64,000 nt of DNA from IMG/VR virus record IMGVR_UViG_3300031993_000048, positions 13,602 to 77,601 of that record. One strand, 5' to 3'. The notes beneath the pieces were generated by a model. It was not told the DNA's origin and searched no databases. It saw nothing but the letters and a program-made list of their open reading frames with translations. Position 1 is the first letter of the stretch; each line of letters opens with the position of its first letter. A program made the position numbers and the translations under genes. The stretch is from a virus. Its lineage: Duplodnaviria > Caudoviricetes. This document shows positions 36,801-48,800 of the stretch, piece after piece.

Positions 36801-39800
36801 GAGCGGCCAGCGCTTCGCGCAGGCGTACGGCTCGCTCACGGGCGAGCGCGACGCCGTGCTGTCGTCCGCGAGGGCCTTCGAGATGGCGAGGCGCTCCGAC
36901 CTCTGCGGCGGCGAGACCGCGGGCGGGACGGAGACGAGGGCCCGCATGAGCGACACGGTCGCGCCCCTCGCGAAGAGGGAGCTCCGCAGGCTCTCCGAGA
37001 CGCTGTCGGTCGCGGACATATCACCGGCGTCGCTCGAGAGCGCGGGGCAGGCGATGCGCTCGATAGCGACGAGCCTCATGGCGGGGGCGAAGGACAAGGC
37101 CCGCACGGAGGCCGCGCTCGTCCGCGAGTTCGAGGGCTGGCTTCTCGGGCGCGGGGTCTCCAAGGCGATCGCCGCCGAGATGGTCGCGGCGTTCGAGAGG
37201 GCCACGGTGCGCCCGATCGCGAAGAAGACCGACGAGGAGGCGAAGAACGAGGAGGCCGACGCGCAGAACGCGGAGACCGAGGAGATCGAGAACCGCGAGT
37301 CCACCAACGACCCGGACAACGAGCGGCGCGTCGGACAGTTCATAAACGACCAGAACATCATGGCCGTCTCCGGCTTCCTGAAGTTCATCATGCCCGCCGA
37401 GTGCGGGGACTCCGCGCCGACGTTCCTCCGGCTCCGCGCGGACCTCTCCCGCCCGGAGATGTACGGCGAGCTGGCGGGCGAGAGGGCGTCGTGGAAGGAG
37501 GACGTGGACGCGTTCGTAAGGATGCTCGGCGTCAACTCCGACCTGCGGAACATCGACAGGGCGCTCGCGTCCAACCTCGTGAACCTCTCGTCGCGCGAGG
37601 ACACCGACCGGATGCTCGACCGCGTCGCGACGCTCCTGTGGGAGAACGGGAGGCGCGACTACGCCCTCGCCGTCGCCGCGATCCGCAACGTCGATCCCGC
37701 CAACGGCGAGCGGAGCAAGATGCTCGAGAGGCTGTCGCAGGCGACGGCGGTCACGCCGATGCGCCTCGACCGCACCGGCCCGGCCAAGCCGTTCGGGATC
37801 GACTTCATCGGCTCGGGCGCGCGGGCGGACGTCGTGCCCGGCGTCGTGGCGTCCGGCTACACGTCGCTCTCCGAGACGGTGCTCAAGGGGATGTTCAAGG
37901 CGGACGGGTCGCTCGCGAAGGACGCGGGCGCCGCGCTCGCGAAGGTCGTCGCGTACGTCCGGTCCGACAGCTTCGCGTCGAAGCGGCTCGCCCCGATCCT
38001 CGGAACTCCGGTCAAGGTCGGCTTCGTCCACGTCACGTTCGACAAGGCGCTGTACGAGACGCTCGAGGCCGTCGCGAACGGCAAGGGCGCGACGACCCTG
38101 GCGGAATACACGGACGCCGTGCTCGCCGTCGCGGACATAATCAGGGCGCGCTCCGCGGCCGCCGCGGACGTCCTGGACGGAATCCTCGGGGCGGGCAGCC
38201 AGTACGCCCACATGCTCCGTTCCCCGTACGTCCTGTCCGAGGTCGTGCGCGTGGCGCTTTCGGCGTACAACATGAAGCGCGGTACGTCGTACGGGCGCAA
38301 CCTCCGCGAGGCCGCCGTGATGAAGCTCGTCAGGCTCGCCAACTACCTCGTGGCCGACCCGTCGCAGCGCGGCAAGGTGTCGTGGCAGACCAGCGTGCAG
38401 CGGTGCTCCGGCATCGTCGAGGACCTCGTCGTCGAACCGGTCGAGGGGCTGCTGCTCCGGCTCGGGGTCAACCCCGCGTCGACCACGCTCGAGGCCGACC
38501 TGGCGAAGGCCCTGGAGGGCAAGGACGCCGACTGGGTGCGCGACACCCTGCGCCAGATGGCGAAGGACAAGCTCGCGACGGACATGCACCTCGACTGCGG
38601 AGCCAACCCGGCGGAGGCGATAAGGAAGCGCGACAAGGCGGGGGACAAGCCCTGGACGGGCCTCAACAACGCCCCGACGTTCGTCCCCGGCGCGTACCGC
38701 TCCGCAAGCAACCTCGACGTCCTCGTGGAGGCGTACCTCGCCGGCGCGCCACGTTCCAGCGCGACGCTCGGCGGCCGCGCGGCGAGCGCCATAGAGGGCG
38801 CGAAGAACAAGTCCGTGCAGACTCTCCCCTCGATGCTCCCCGGGTTCGTGAGGTTCGCGAACAGCGTCCTGTGCCAGGCCTCCGGCGTCACCGACGAGCT
38901 TGCCGGGAACGGCAACCGCTGGCGGGACAGGTCGAATCCGATCGTGTCGTTCGTCGGCGCGAAGGACTCCGGCGGCAGGCTGCTTCGCCGCGAGTCGGTG
39001 GCGGGCGCGCTCCGCAGCGCGATCGACGCGGAGAACAGCGACCCCGAGTACGTGCCTACGCACGTCCTCGTGCCGTTCTTCCGCGCCGACAAGCCCGCGT
39101 GCTACGCCCTGCGCATACCGGTCGGCACGATGCGCGCGATGATCGAGGCGGCCGTCGGGAACGAGGAGGTCGTGCGCCAGCTTCCGGCCGATCTCGCGGC
39201 CGTCGTGGAGGAAGTCGCGAAGACGAAGGGCGAAGACCTGAAGGGCAAGGAGTACGTCGCCTACAAGAAGAAGTTCCACCAGGCGGCGTACGCCCTCGCC
39301 GCGTCCGCGCTCGGCCAGTCGCAGATCGACCCGAAGCGCGTCCCCGTCCTCTCGTCGTGCGGCCCGCTCATCTCGACCTACGTCGACAGGGGCGAGGGCA
39401 CCGACCCGAGGGCCGGCTGCTACTTCGTCTCGATGGTGGGAGGGTCGACGGGCGCGTCCATGATGGGCGGCTACATCACCGCCGGCGTTCTCCCGTCCCG
39501 CGTGTCGGGCATGGGCGAGGGATCGTGGAGCCAGGCGCAGAAGCTGCACATGTTCTCCGTGAAGCGCGGCGTCAACTTCAAGAAGGGCCAGGCGTCGGCG
39601 ATCGGCCTCGGCTTCTACGCCGACGGACGGTCGGACGACAGGTCGCGGACCAACGGCGAGATCGTCTCCAACCACGCCGTGCGGTTCGCCCAGCGGCAGG
39701 GCCGCCGGCAGCTCGAGGCGCTGCTCTCGCAGGAGTTCAAGGACGCGGGGCTCTCCGGCCAGAACCTTCTCGATCCGGTGCCGGCCCTCGAGGACGGCGC

Positions 39801-42800
39801 GACGGACGAGCAGAAGGCGGAGCACGCCGAGCTCGAGCGCATCCACGACAAGGCGGTCGACGTCGCGAACGCGTTCCTCGCGAACGCCACGATCGCGGTC
39901 GACGACCTCGAGACGAACAAGGCGGGGCTCTTCGGATCGTCGTGCGGCGTCAAGGTCGAGAAGGGCGCGACGAAGATCGAGGTCGGCGGCGTCACGGTCG
40001 CGGAGCTCGCAGACGGCAAGTGGAGGTCGTCCGTGCCGGGGTTCGAGTTCGACTTCGACGGCGAGGGCGTGAAGAACGGGCGGGCCCTCGTCATGCCGGT
40101 CCTCGCGGCGCTCGCGGCGAAGCAGGGCGGCAGGGTCGACGCGGCGGGCATCGAGGGGACGTGGGTCAGGCCCGACGGCTCCGAGTTCACCGGAAAGCTC
40201 GGCGACTCCGGGCTGCTCTCCGAGGGCGAGACGCTCGCCTGCGAGATCGACAAGGAGACCGGCGCGGCGCGCGTCGTGTTCTTCACCCGCGACATGTACG
40301 GGCAGGTCGTCGCCAGCAACGCCAACTCGTCGAAGGCGTCGGACCACCACGTGTTTCCGACGAACGCGACCCGCGACCACTGGATGATGGAGGCGATAAC
40401 GAACGCCACCACGCCGGGCGGGCGCAACGGCTCGCGCCGGTTCATCGACGCGCACGCCGGGTACTCGCTCCTCCGCCTCGCCACGCTCGCGCACAACGGC
40501 GAGCTGATGCGGCGCGAGATGCGCAGGGACCAGGAGCTCGTCGCCCTCCTGAAGGCGCACCCGAACGACAACCAGGTGCGCGACGCGATCTCCGACAGGG
40601 CCAGGGCGTTCCTCGAGAAGCAGACGCTGGTCGGGTACTACGGGAACCACGGCATCATGGTGCCGTCCGGCGGCAAGCTCGTGTCGGGCGACGAGTTCGC
40701 GCACACGGTCGAGATCGAGTGGGCCCCCGGCACGACCGACTACGACAGGGGCTGCTACAAGCCCGCGACCGTCTACACGCGGGAGGAGGCCGAGGCGTTC
40801 GGCGCGTCCCGCAGCTGGGCGTCCGGCTCCGTGAACGCGGACGTGGAGGGGTTCCGCTACGGGCTCTACTTCGACGAGGCGGCGCTCGACAGTCTGCTGT
40901 CGCAGGTCGCCCCGGACGAACAGGCTCTCGCCCGCTTCGCCCGCGCGGGAGTGGACGCCGCCGTCGCGGGGCGCATGGCGCGGCTGGCCGCGTTCATGGA
41001 GGACCTGGGAGGCCCGCTCGAGTCGCAGGAGCAGCGGACGAAGAGGGACGCGCTCCTCGCGTGCGCCTACGACTACACGGGCAAGAAGGCGAGCGAGAAT
41101 GTCCGCGCGAAGGACATCCGGTTCGACGACCTGTTCGTCAGGTCGTGGGACGGCACGACGTCGTTCGACTATGCGGCTGTCGACCACGAGGGCCGTGTCT
41201 CGCTGCACGACGGCGCGAAGCACCTGTACCTCGGCGGCTCCGTGTTCCACGCCCACCGCTCGCCCTCCGGCAACATCGCGGCGGCGTGCGGCACGGTGCG
41301 CGCGACATGCCCGTACTCGTTCTTCCCGGACGGCAGGATCGGGCGCGAGTCCAAGTACGCGCTCGATCCCGTCACCACGGCGACGCAGGGCTCCGACATG
41401 GACGGCGACTCCGCGTCCCTCCAGTTCTACGACTACGGCGCGGAGGACCTCGTCGACGCGCCGGCGATGCGCCGGTTCACCGACGCCGTCCTCGGCGGGG
41501 CGGACCCGTTCGACGTCGCGAAGGAGATGAAGTGGACGGTCGTCCAGGACGGCATGGAGGTCGTGGACCCCCGCGTTCTCCGCGCCGTCTCGCGTCTCGT
41601 GTTCTCCGCCCAGGCGAACAACTACCGCGAGGCCGCCACGTTCCACCAGGGCTACACGAGCGTGACCGCGCTGGCCGGTCGCAAGGCGACCGGAGCCGAC
41701 TTCGCCGTGCACTACCGCGAGAACCCGCCGGCCGACGGCGTGTTCGCGGACTACGGGTTCGCCGGGCGGCACCCCGTCGGGACGGACGCCGTGTTCTCCG
41801 AACCGTTCGGGGCGGAGACGCTCGCCCGGTTCGAGACGCTCGCGGGCCGCAAGGTCCTCGGCCGCCTGTCCGCCGAGTTCAAGGCGAAGTGGTTCGTCGA
41901 GGGCAAGAAGATGAACAAGGTCCTCGAGGCCATCGTGGACGAGATCCGGGGCAAGCCGAAGAACAGCCTCCTCAAGATGGGCGAGGCGGCCGACGCGTCC
42001 GACGCCGCGTCCGACTCCGCGAAGGCGCGCGGAATCTCCGTCGCGTCGCAGTCGACCATCCTCCGTGCCATCGTGACCGACCTGTTCGGGACCGGCGACA
42101 GGATGACGTACGACGAGGCGAAGGGGTATTCCGCCGTCATCGACCTCATAGCCCACATCGACGGCGTCTCGAACAACCTCTTCGACACGCTGAAGAAGAT
42201 GTTCGCCACCCGCGCCGGATGGACGACCTCGATGCTGCCGTTTTTCCTCGGCCGCCTCGCCGTAGACGCGCGCGAGGAGGCGGGCAGGGGCGGGCCGGTA
42301 GACTCGGCGTTCGTCCTCGCGGAGGCGGCGAAGTTCCTCGAGGAGCTGACCCGCGTCGACGGGAAGATCCATACGTCCGCCACGGTGGCGGGGCGGCTCG
42401 CGTCGCTTCTCGATCCGGTCAGGCGCGACGTCGCGGCCGCCCGGCTCGCCGAGCTGTACAACGGGGAGCAGAAGGACAAGGGCGCGACCGTCATGACGCA
42501 GTACCGCGGCAGGCCCAAGACCGCCGACGAGATCATAAACGACTTCTGCCGCAAGCGCCTCGAGGGCGAGGCGTACTCGATGACGCGCGACGCCAAGGCG
42601 GTGTACGCCGCCGCGTACATGACGGACGCCGCGCATCCGGTCGACGAGTCCGACTACGCCGTCTACGACCTCGTGGCGTCCTCGATGGACGACAGCAAGG
42701 CGCTGTGCCGCGCCGTCGACTACATGAAGGTCGCGGGCAAGGGGCTCGCGGACGTCGGGCGCTACGCGCTCAAGGCCGAGGGGGAGGAGACGGACGAGAC

Positions 42801-45800
42801 GATCGCCCGCGACCCCGCGCTGCGCCTCCAGGACCTGGTGGTGAAGGGCTTCTCCTCGCAGGTGGCGAACTGGCTCGACTCCACGGAAAACCTCCAGCTG
42901 GTCCTCGACGGGCAGCTCGGACGCAGGCCGTGGGACTTCGCGGCGGGGTCCGCCCTGCGCGACAACGCCGACCGGTTCGTCCATCTGATCGGAGCCGTGC
43001 GCGGCGTCGACCCCGCTCTCGTGCGCGCCATCGCGACGAAGACGACGACCGAGCAGGTCCCGCAGGGCGGGAAGGTCGCGGACCGGACGGTCGAGACGGC
43101 CTCCACGGAGACGCTCCTCCGCCGCATAGCGACCACGGTGGCCGTGTACGGGGACCTCGCCGCGACCGGAAGGGCGAAGGTCCCGGCGATCGCCCGGCTC
43201 CTCTCCTCGATACGCGTCGGGGACAACGGCGTCTCCCTTTCGCTCTCGTCGCGGGAAACCTCCGCCGACATCGAGACGCTCCGCGCCGGGTTCGACCTCC
43301 TCGCCGGCCAGGGCGGGGCGAAGGGCTACAGGATATACGAGCGCAACGAGGCGGGCGAGGCCGCGGACACGGGCCTGCGCGTGAGCGGCGCGGAGCTCGC
43401 GAAGCTCCTCGTCCTCCACGCGTCGCTCACGGGCACGTTCGGCGCGGCGCAGGACTACGTGACGCAGTCCAACCTCCCCGCCGTGTTCGGCGACGCGAGG
43501 CTCCGCTTCCTCGAGCGGTGCCGCCACGAGATCCTGGACACGGCCGAGATCGCGAGCGCCCTCGGGCTCGCGCCGGTCGACGTCGCGCGCACGAGCGCCT
43601 ACGACCTCTTCGGCGACGTCGAGGTCATCCGCACCATCGGGAGGGAGCAGGCGAGGGACGTGGAGCTGCCGTACCTGCGCGAGGAGCTCGCCGCCGCGAA
43701 GAAGGCCGACGACGCGTCGCGGACGCGCACGGTGCTGCGCCGGGGCAAGGCCGTCAAGAAGGGGCTCGAGGACGGCGAGGAGGCGTTCCAGAGCTTCCGC
43801 ACCTATCCCGCCCTGTCCGTCCTCCGCGGCGCCGCCGGGCTCACCCGCTACGGCGCGGAGGTCAACAACGCGCTCGAGGCCCGCCTCGGGCCGCACGACC
43901 TGTACCGCCGCTGGATGTCGGACGACCCGTTCGCGGAGCTGACGCAGGACGTCCCCGGGCCGGAGACGGTCGCGTCCGCCGAGATCGGCTTCCCGGTCGA
44001 GGAGAAGTCCCCGCGCGTCGACGCTTCGGCGGTGGACACGTCGTGGGCCGATCCGCTCGAGACCCGCACGGCGTTCCGCCGCCCGGGCGAGACGGAGGAC
44101 GCGTACGTGTTCCCGCGCCCCGCGCTGTCGGAGGACGGGAGCCGCGTCGTGTTCTCCACGGACGACATGGTCGACTCCCTCGAGAAGGCGTACAACGGGC
44201 TCCTCGACGCGCTCATCGACGACTCGAAGTCCAACGAGGCCCGCGCCGAGCGCAAGCGCCTGTACAACGAGCTGAACCCGACGAAGAAGATCCTGACGCG
44301 CAGGCCCGACCTCGTGGCGTCGGACCTCGCGGACATCCTCTCGGAGGCCGCGAGGCGCGACGCCGACGTGTACGACGCGCTCGACAAGATCGGCGACAGG
44401 CTCGCGGTCCACCCCGACCCGAGGATCGCGGCGGCCATCGACATCGCGAACTCCCGCCTCGGGGCGGAGGGGCGGAACGGGATCGCGCGTCCGTCGGCCC
44501 CTGCGACGAGGGCGAGCTTCATGGGAGGCGCGACGCGCGCCCGGGTCGAGGCCGACCCCCGCTCCGCGTTCGCGGACAGGGCGGAGCGCGTGGCGCCCGG
44601 CTTCACGTCGCAGCAGATGATGTCCGCGAAGACCGCTGTCGTCGGCGCGTTCGAGAAGGCGTTCGACGGCGCGGAGGTCACGGAGGTGCAGGGCAAGGAC
44701 GGCGCGGAGACGAACCTCCTCAAGGTGACGCGCCGGATCGCGAACGGCAGGCAGATCGTCACGTACGTGGCGATCGGCTCCAGAATGGGCGACACGCTCG
44801 GCATGGAGGCCGCCGCGGACTCGATCGCCGCGCTCCTCAACGCCCGGAACGGCGGGTCGCTCACGGGCGAGGCCGTCATACGCGCGTTCGGCGCGGCGAA
44901 CGTCGCCAGGCTCGCCGACATCATGCGGCGCACCGGCGCGCAGACCGGAGAGTCCGACACGACGAGCCTCGACTTCGCGCCGTTCATGTCGGGCGTGATC
45001 CGCCTTTCCGACAGGGCGGACTTCACGACGCTCTTCCACGAGTACTACCACCAGATGGTCGCCGTCTACAGGAAGCTCGGCATCCTCGACCCCGACACCG
45101 AGCGGAGGCTCAACGAGGACTTCGGCGGCGAGGAAGGCGCGGCGGAGATGTTCGGCCGCTACCTCTCCGGCGTCGAGGCGGGCGCGGACGACGTGGAGCT
45201 CCGGGACTTCATGGGCGCGGACGGGCTCACCGACGCGCACCTCCGGCTGTTCGCGGACTTCCGCCGCAGGGCCGCCGACATCGCGCGCGGCATGTTCCGC
45301 GGCATGGACGCCGACGGCGCCGCGCACTTCGTCGCGCTCCGCATCGTGCAAGGCGAGGTGACGGAAGAGGAGGCCCTGCGCATCGCCGAGCCGTCCGCGG
45401 CCGACGTGGAGAACCTCGAGCGCCAGCTCCAGGGGCTCGAGTCCCGCCCGCGCCTCGACGTCCTCACGGACGAGCAGATGGCGGACGCGATGTCGATCAG
45501 GGAGGCCGCGCTCGCCGCGCTGGCGTCCGGCGACGCCGGCGCGATCCGCGCGGCGGGGCTGCGCACGCTGGCGTTCTTCCAGAAGAAGACGCCGTCGGCT
45601 CCCGTGTCCAGGACGACGGACTCCGAAGCCCGGGACGAGGAGCGCGGGGAGCGCGCGGAGGACGTCGACATCTCCCGCGTCTCCGGGTTCATCAGGAGGG
45701 CGCTCCTCCGGTACGAGAGGGACGGCATGGGCGAGGACTTCGCCGAGTCGATGCGCCTGTATCGCGAGTTCCCCGTGGTCGGGGACGCGGCGAGCGGCCC

Positions 45801-48800
45801 GAACGCCGCCCTGTTCTACACCGTGCGCAGCTTCATCGCGCACGTCGCGGAGGCGGAGAACATCTCGATATACAGGGAAGACGGGTCGCTCACGCCCGCC
45901 GGCGAGAAGCTCATGTCGAGCGAGACCGTCGGCGAGCTCGCCATGCGCTTCGTCAACAACGCCACGCAGGAGCGCCGGTCGCAGGACCGCCGGCAGGGCG
46001 TGGAGTGGGCCTCGTCCGCGTGGGCGTTCAGCCGCGCGCTCGAGAGCGTCGCGCCCGGGACGTACGAGCGGTACTGCGCCCTGCTCGCCCGCAAGAGCGC
46101 GGAGGCGTTCCGCCGCCTCGGCGAGTCCCTGCTCGCCCGTCCCGGGAAGACGCAAGACGACATAGACGCCGCCAACGAGTTCATCGCGAAGTCCGGGGAG
46201 ATCGAGAACTTCGTCCGCCACGTGGCGAGGGGCGAGGACGTCCGCTCGCTGCTGCCGTTCGACGTCGAGTCCGGCGGAAACCTGCACGGCCTGTTCCTCG
46301 CGTACTTCACCGGAGGCGCGAGGTTCCAGCGGGACGAGGAGGGCGAATACCTCTACCCGAAGGGCCCGGTGCGCCCGTACTCGCGGGAGCTCGACCACAC
46401 GTCCCGCCTCGAGACCGGGGACCCGGCGCTCGATCCGCTCGTCGACCTCGCCTACAACTACGCGGCGCAGGCGTTCTCCGTCGCGGAGGCCGCGCGCAGC
46501 TACCGCAGGCAGGTGCTCGGCGAGGGCAAGGACGGGGAGGCCGCGGACGAGGAGCGCCCGGAGGGCGTCGGCGAGACCGCCGGCCCGGCGTCCATCTCGT
46601 CCGAGGAGGTCTCCGAGTCGACGAAGGGCCTCGAGGAGGCGCTGCCCCCGGACGCGCCGCTCGACGTCAACGCGTCCCCCGCGGCGACGGCGCCGTCCGA
46701 CTTCTTCGCGAAGGTCGACACGACGCTCACGACGCCGGAGTGGATCCTGGCGAACCCGGGCAAGTGGCTCGAGTCCGACATGCAGCGGAACCTGTCCGGC
46801 GCGTCCATGCGCGACATGATGACCGACCACGCCGTGAAGGCGGCGACGGAGCGGCACTACCGGCTCGCGATGGACTGGGTGCAGTTCTTCGGCATGGACA
46901 CGCACGTCGGCGACGGGGTGCGCAAGGTCGAGATCGTGGAGTCGAGGCTGGGCAGGAACGCCCAGGGCGACTTCTCGGTCTCGGAGGGGAACGCCCATTC
47001 CGTGATGCGCTTCTCGCAGACGCGGGGCGCGCTGTTCGGCGCGTTCGCGTGGCAGGAGAAGAGGGTCGGGGAGGCGCTCACGACCGACGACATCCGCGAG
47101 CTGCACGCGGTCGGGCGCCTCGTGAAGCTCATCGCGAACCGCCAGTCCGCGGACCTGCTCGGGATCGAGATCGGGCACCTCGCCGTGCCGGGCGCGGTCG
47201 AGATGCTGCGCAGGGACGACTACGCCGACTTCCTCTCGAGGGGGCGGCTCCTCGAGCGCGTCGCCGACTCGGGCTACCGCCTGAACGCCCTCGAGGACCT
47301 GCTGCGCCGGATCGTGGACGACGTCCCGAAGTCCGTCCTCGACGCCGGGTTCTACGACGCGGTCGTCGGGGCGCTCCGCAAGGCCGCGCTCCGGTCGGGC
47401 CCCGGAGGCGCGGAGCTTCCGCCGGAGGCCGTGAACGAGAACATGCTGCGCGCGCTCGAGAGGGCGGGCGTCGTCCACCGGTCGAAGGGCACCGGGCGCG
47501 CGGTCGTCTGCGTCTCGGCGAAGCGCATGCTCGACGCGTGGAACGCGTCGGACGCGAAGCGCAAGCTCCGGGACGCCGGGCGGCCGGAGAAGATGCTGAA
47601 CCCGTACTACTGGGCCGACAGGTTCGCGAGGGCCGCGAAGGACCTGAACAACGTCGCGGCGAAGTCCACGTACCTCACGCTCGGCGAGGGGTCGCGGTTC
47701 ACGCTCGCCGGCACGAGCCGCTTCTGGTGGCACGGCGGGACGGGCTCCCACAAGTTCCAGGTCGACGCGTACCAGAACGCGATCAGGGCGTTCGAGGGGA
47801 TGTCCCCGTCGAGCGTGGACGTCCTCCGGGCGAAGCAGTCGGAGCTCTTCGAGATCATCGAGGCGAGCCGCGACCCGTCGGTGCTGCGCCGCCAGGCGTT
47901 CTCGAAGAAGGGTGTCTCCCGCCTCTCCGACCGCGAGCTCCGCTACCTCGCCTACCTCATGGGGCTCACGACCCGCGGCGACGAGACGCGGTTCGACGCC
48001 GCGGGGTTCGCGCGCGACATCGCGGCGGGCCGGTACGAGACGTTCGACCGCGACCTCAAGGTGCCCTGCACCATCCGGCGCGACGCGACCGTGCTCGACA
48101 TCCGCCTCCAGATCGCGGAGCTCGTGTCGAGGAAGACGTTCTCCGAGAACCTCTCCGCGCTGACCGCCGAGGAGCGCCAGGACTACCTCAACGCGCAGAC
48201 CGCCGCCGACGAGCTCCGCGAGACGCTCTCGCGCGACGTGCCGGGGCGCGTGACCGCCCGCAGCGAGATGGAGGAGTTCGACCGCACCGGGCGTCTCGGC
48301 GACTCGCGCACCGCCGCGGAGTCGCTCATCGAGATGTGCAAGGAGCTGACGACCGCCGAGCGGTTCCGCGGATGCCTCGCGCAGATGCTCGCGGCGGTCT
48401 CCGCCGACGGCACGCCGTCGTTCGTCGTCGCCCCGACGGAGGCCGCGGTCGGCGTGGACCGCATGCCGGACGAGTACTGGGGCGCGCTCGCGCGCCACGT
48501 CGCGAGGTTCCTCGGGCGCAAGATCCCGACGATCGGCTACGACGAGGGGCTCTCCGGCGCGGAGAACATGCGCCGCATCCACAGGCAGCTCTCCGAGGGC
48601 GACCAGAAGCTGTACGGGAAGATGAGCGCGTCGAAGTACGGCGGGGGCCGGCTCTTCCAGGGCGACATCCTCTGCCGCCTGGACGACCGGGACGCCGCCG
48701 GGAACGTGGACGAGGCGACGAGGGCGCTCGGCGGAGAGGCCGCGTGCTACATGAAGCAGCTCCTGTCGGCGCTCCGCGCGCCGACGCAGAGCGCGGCGTG

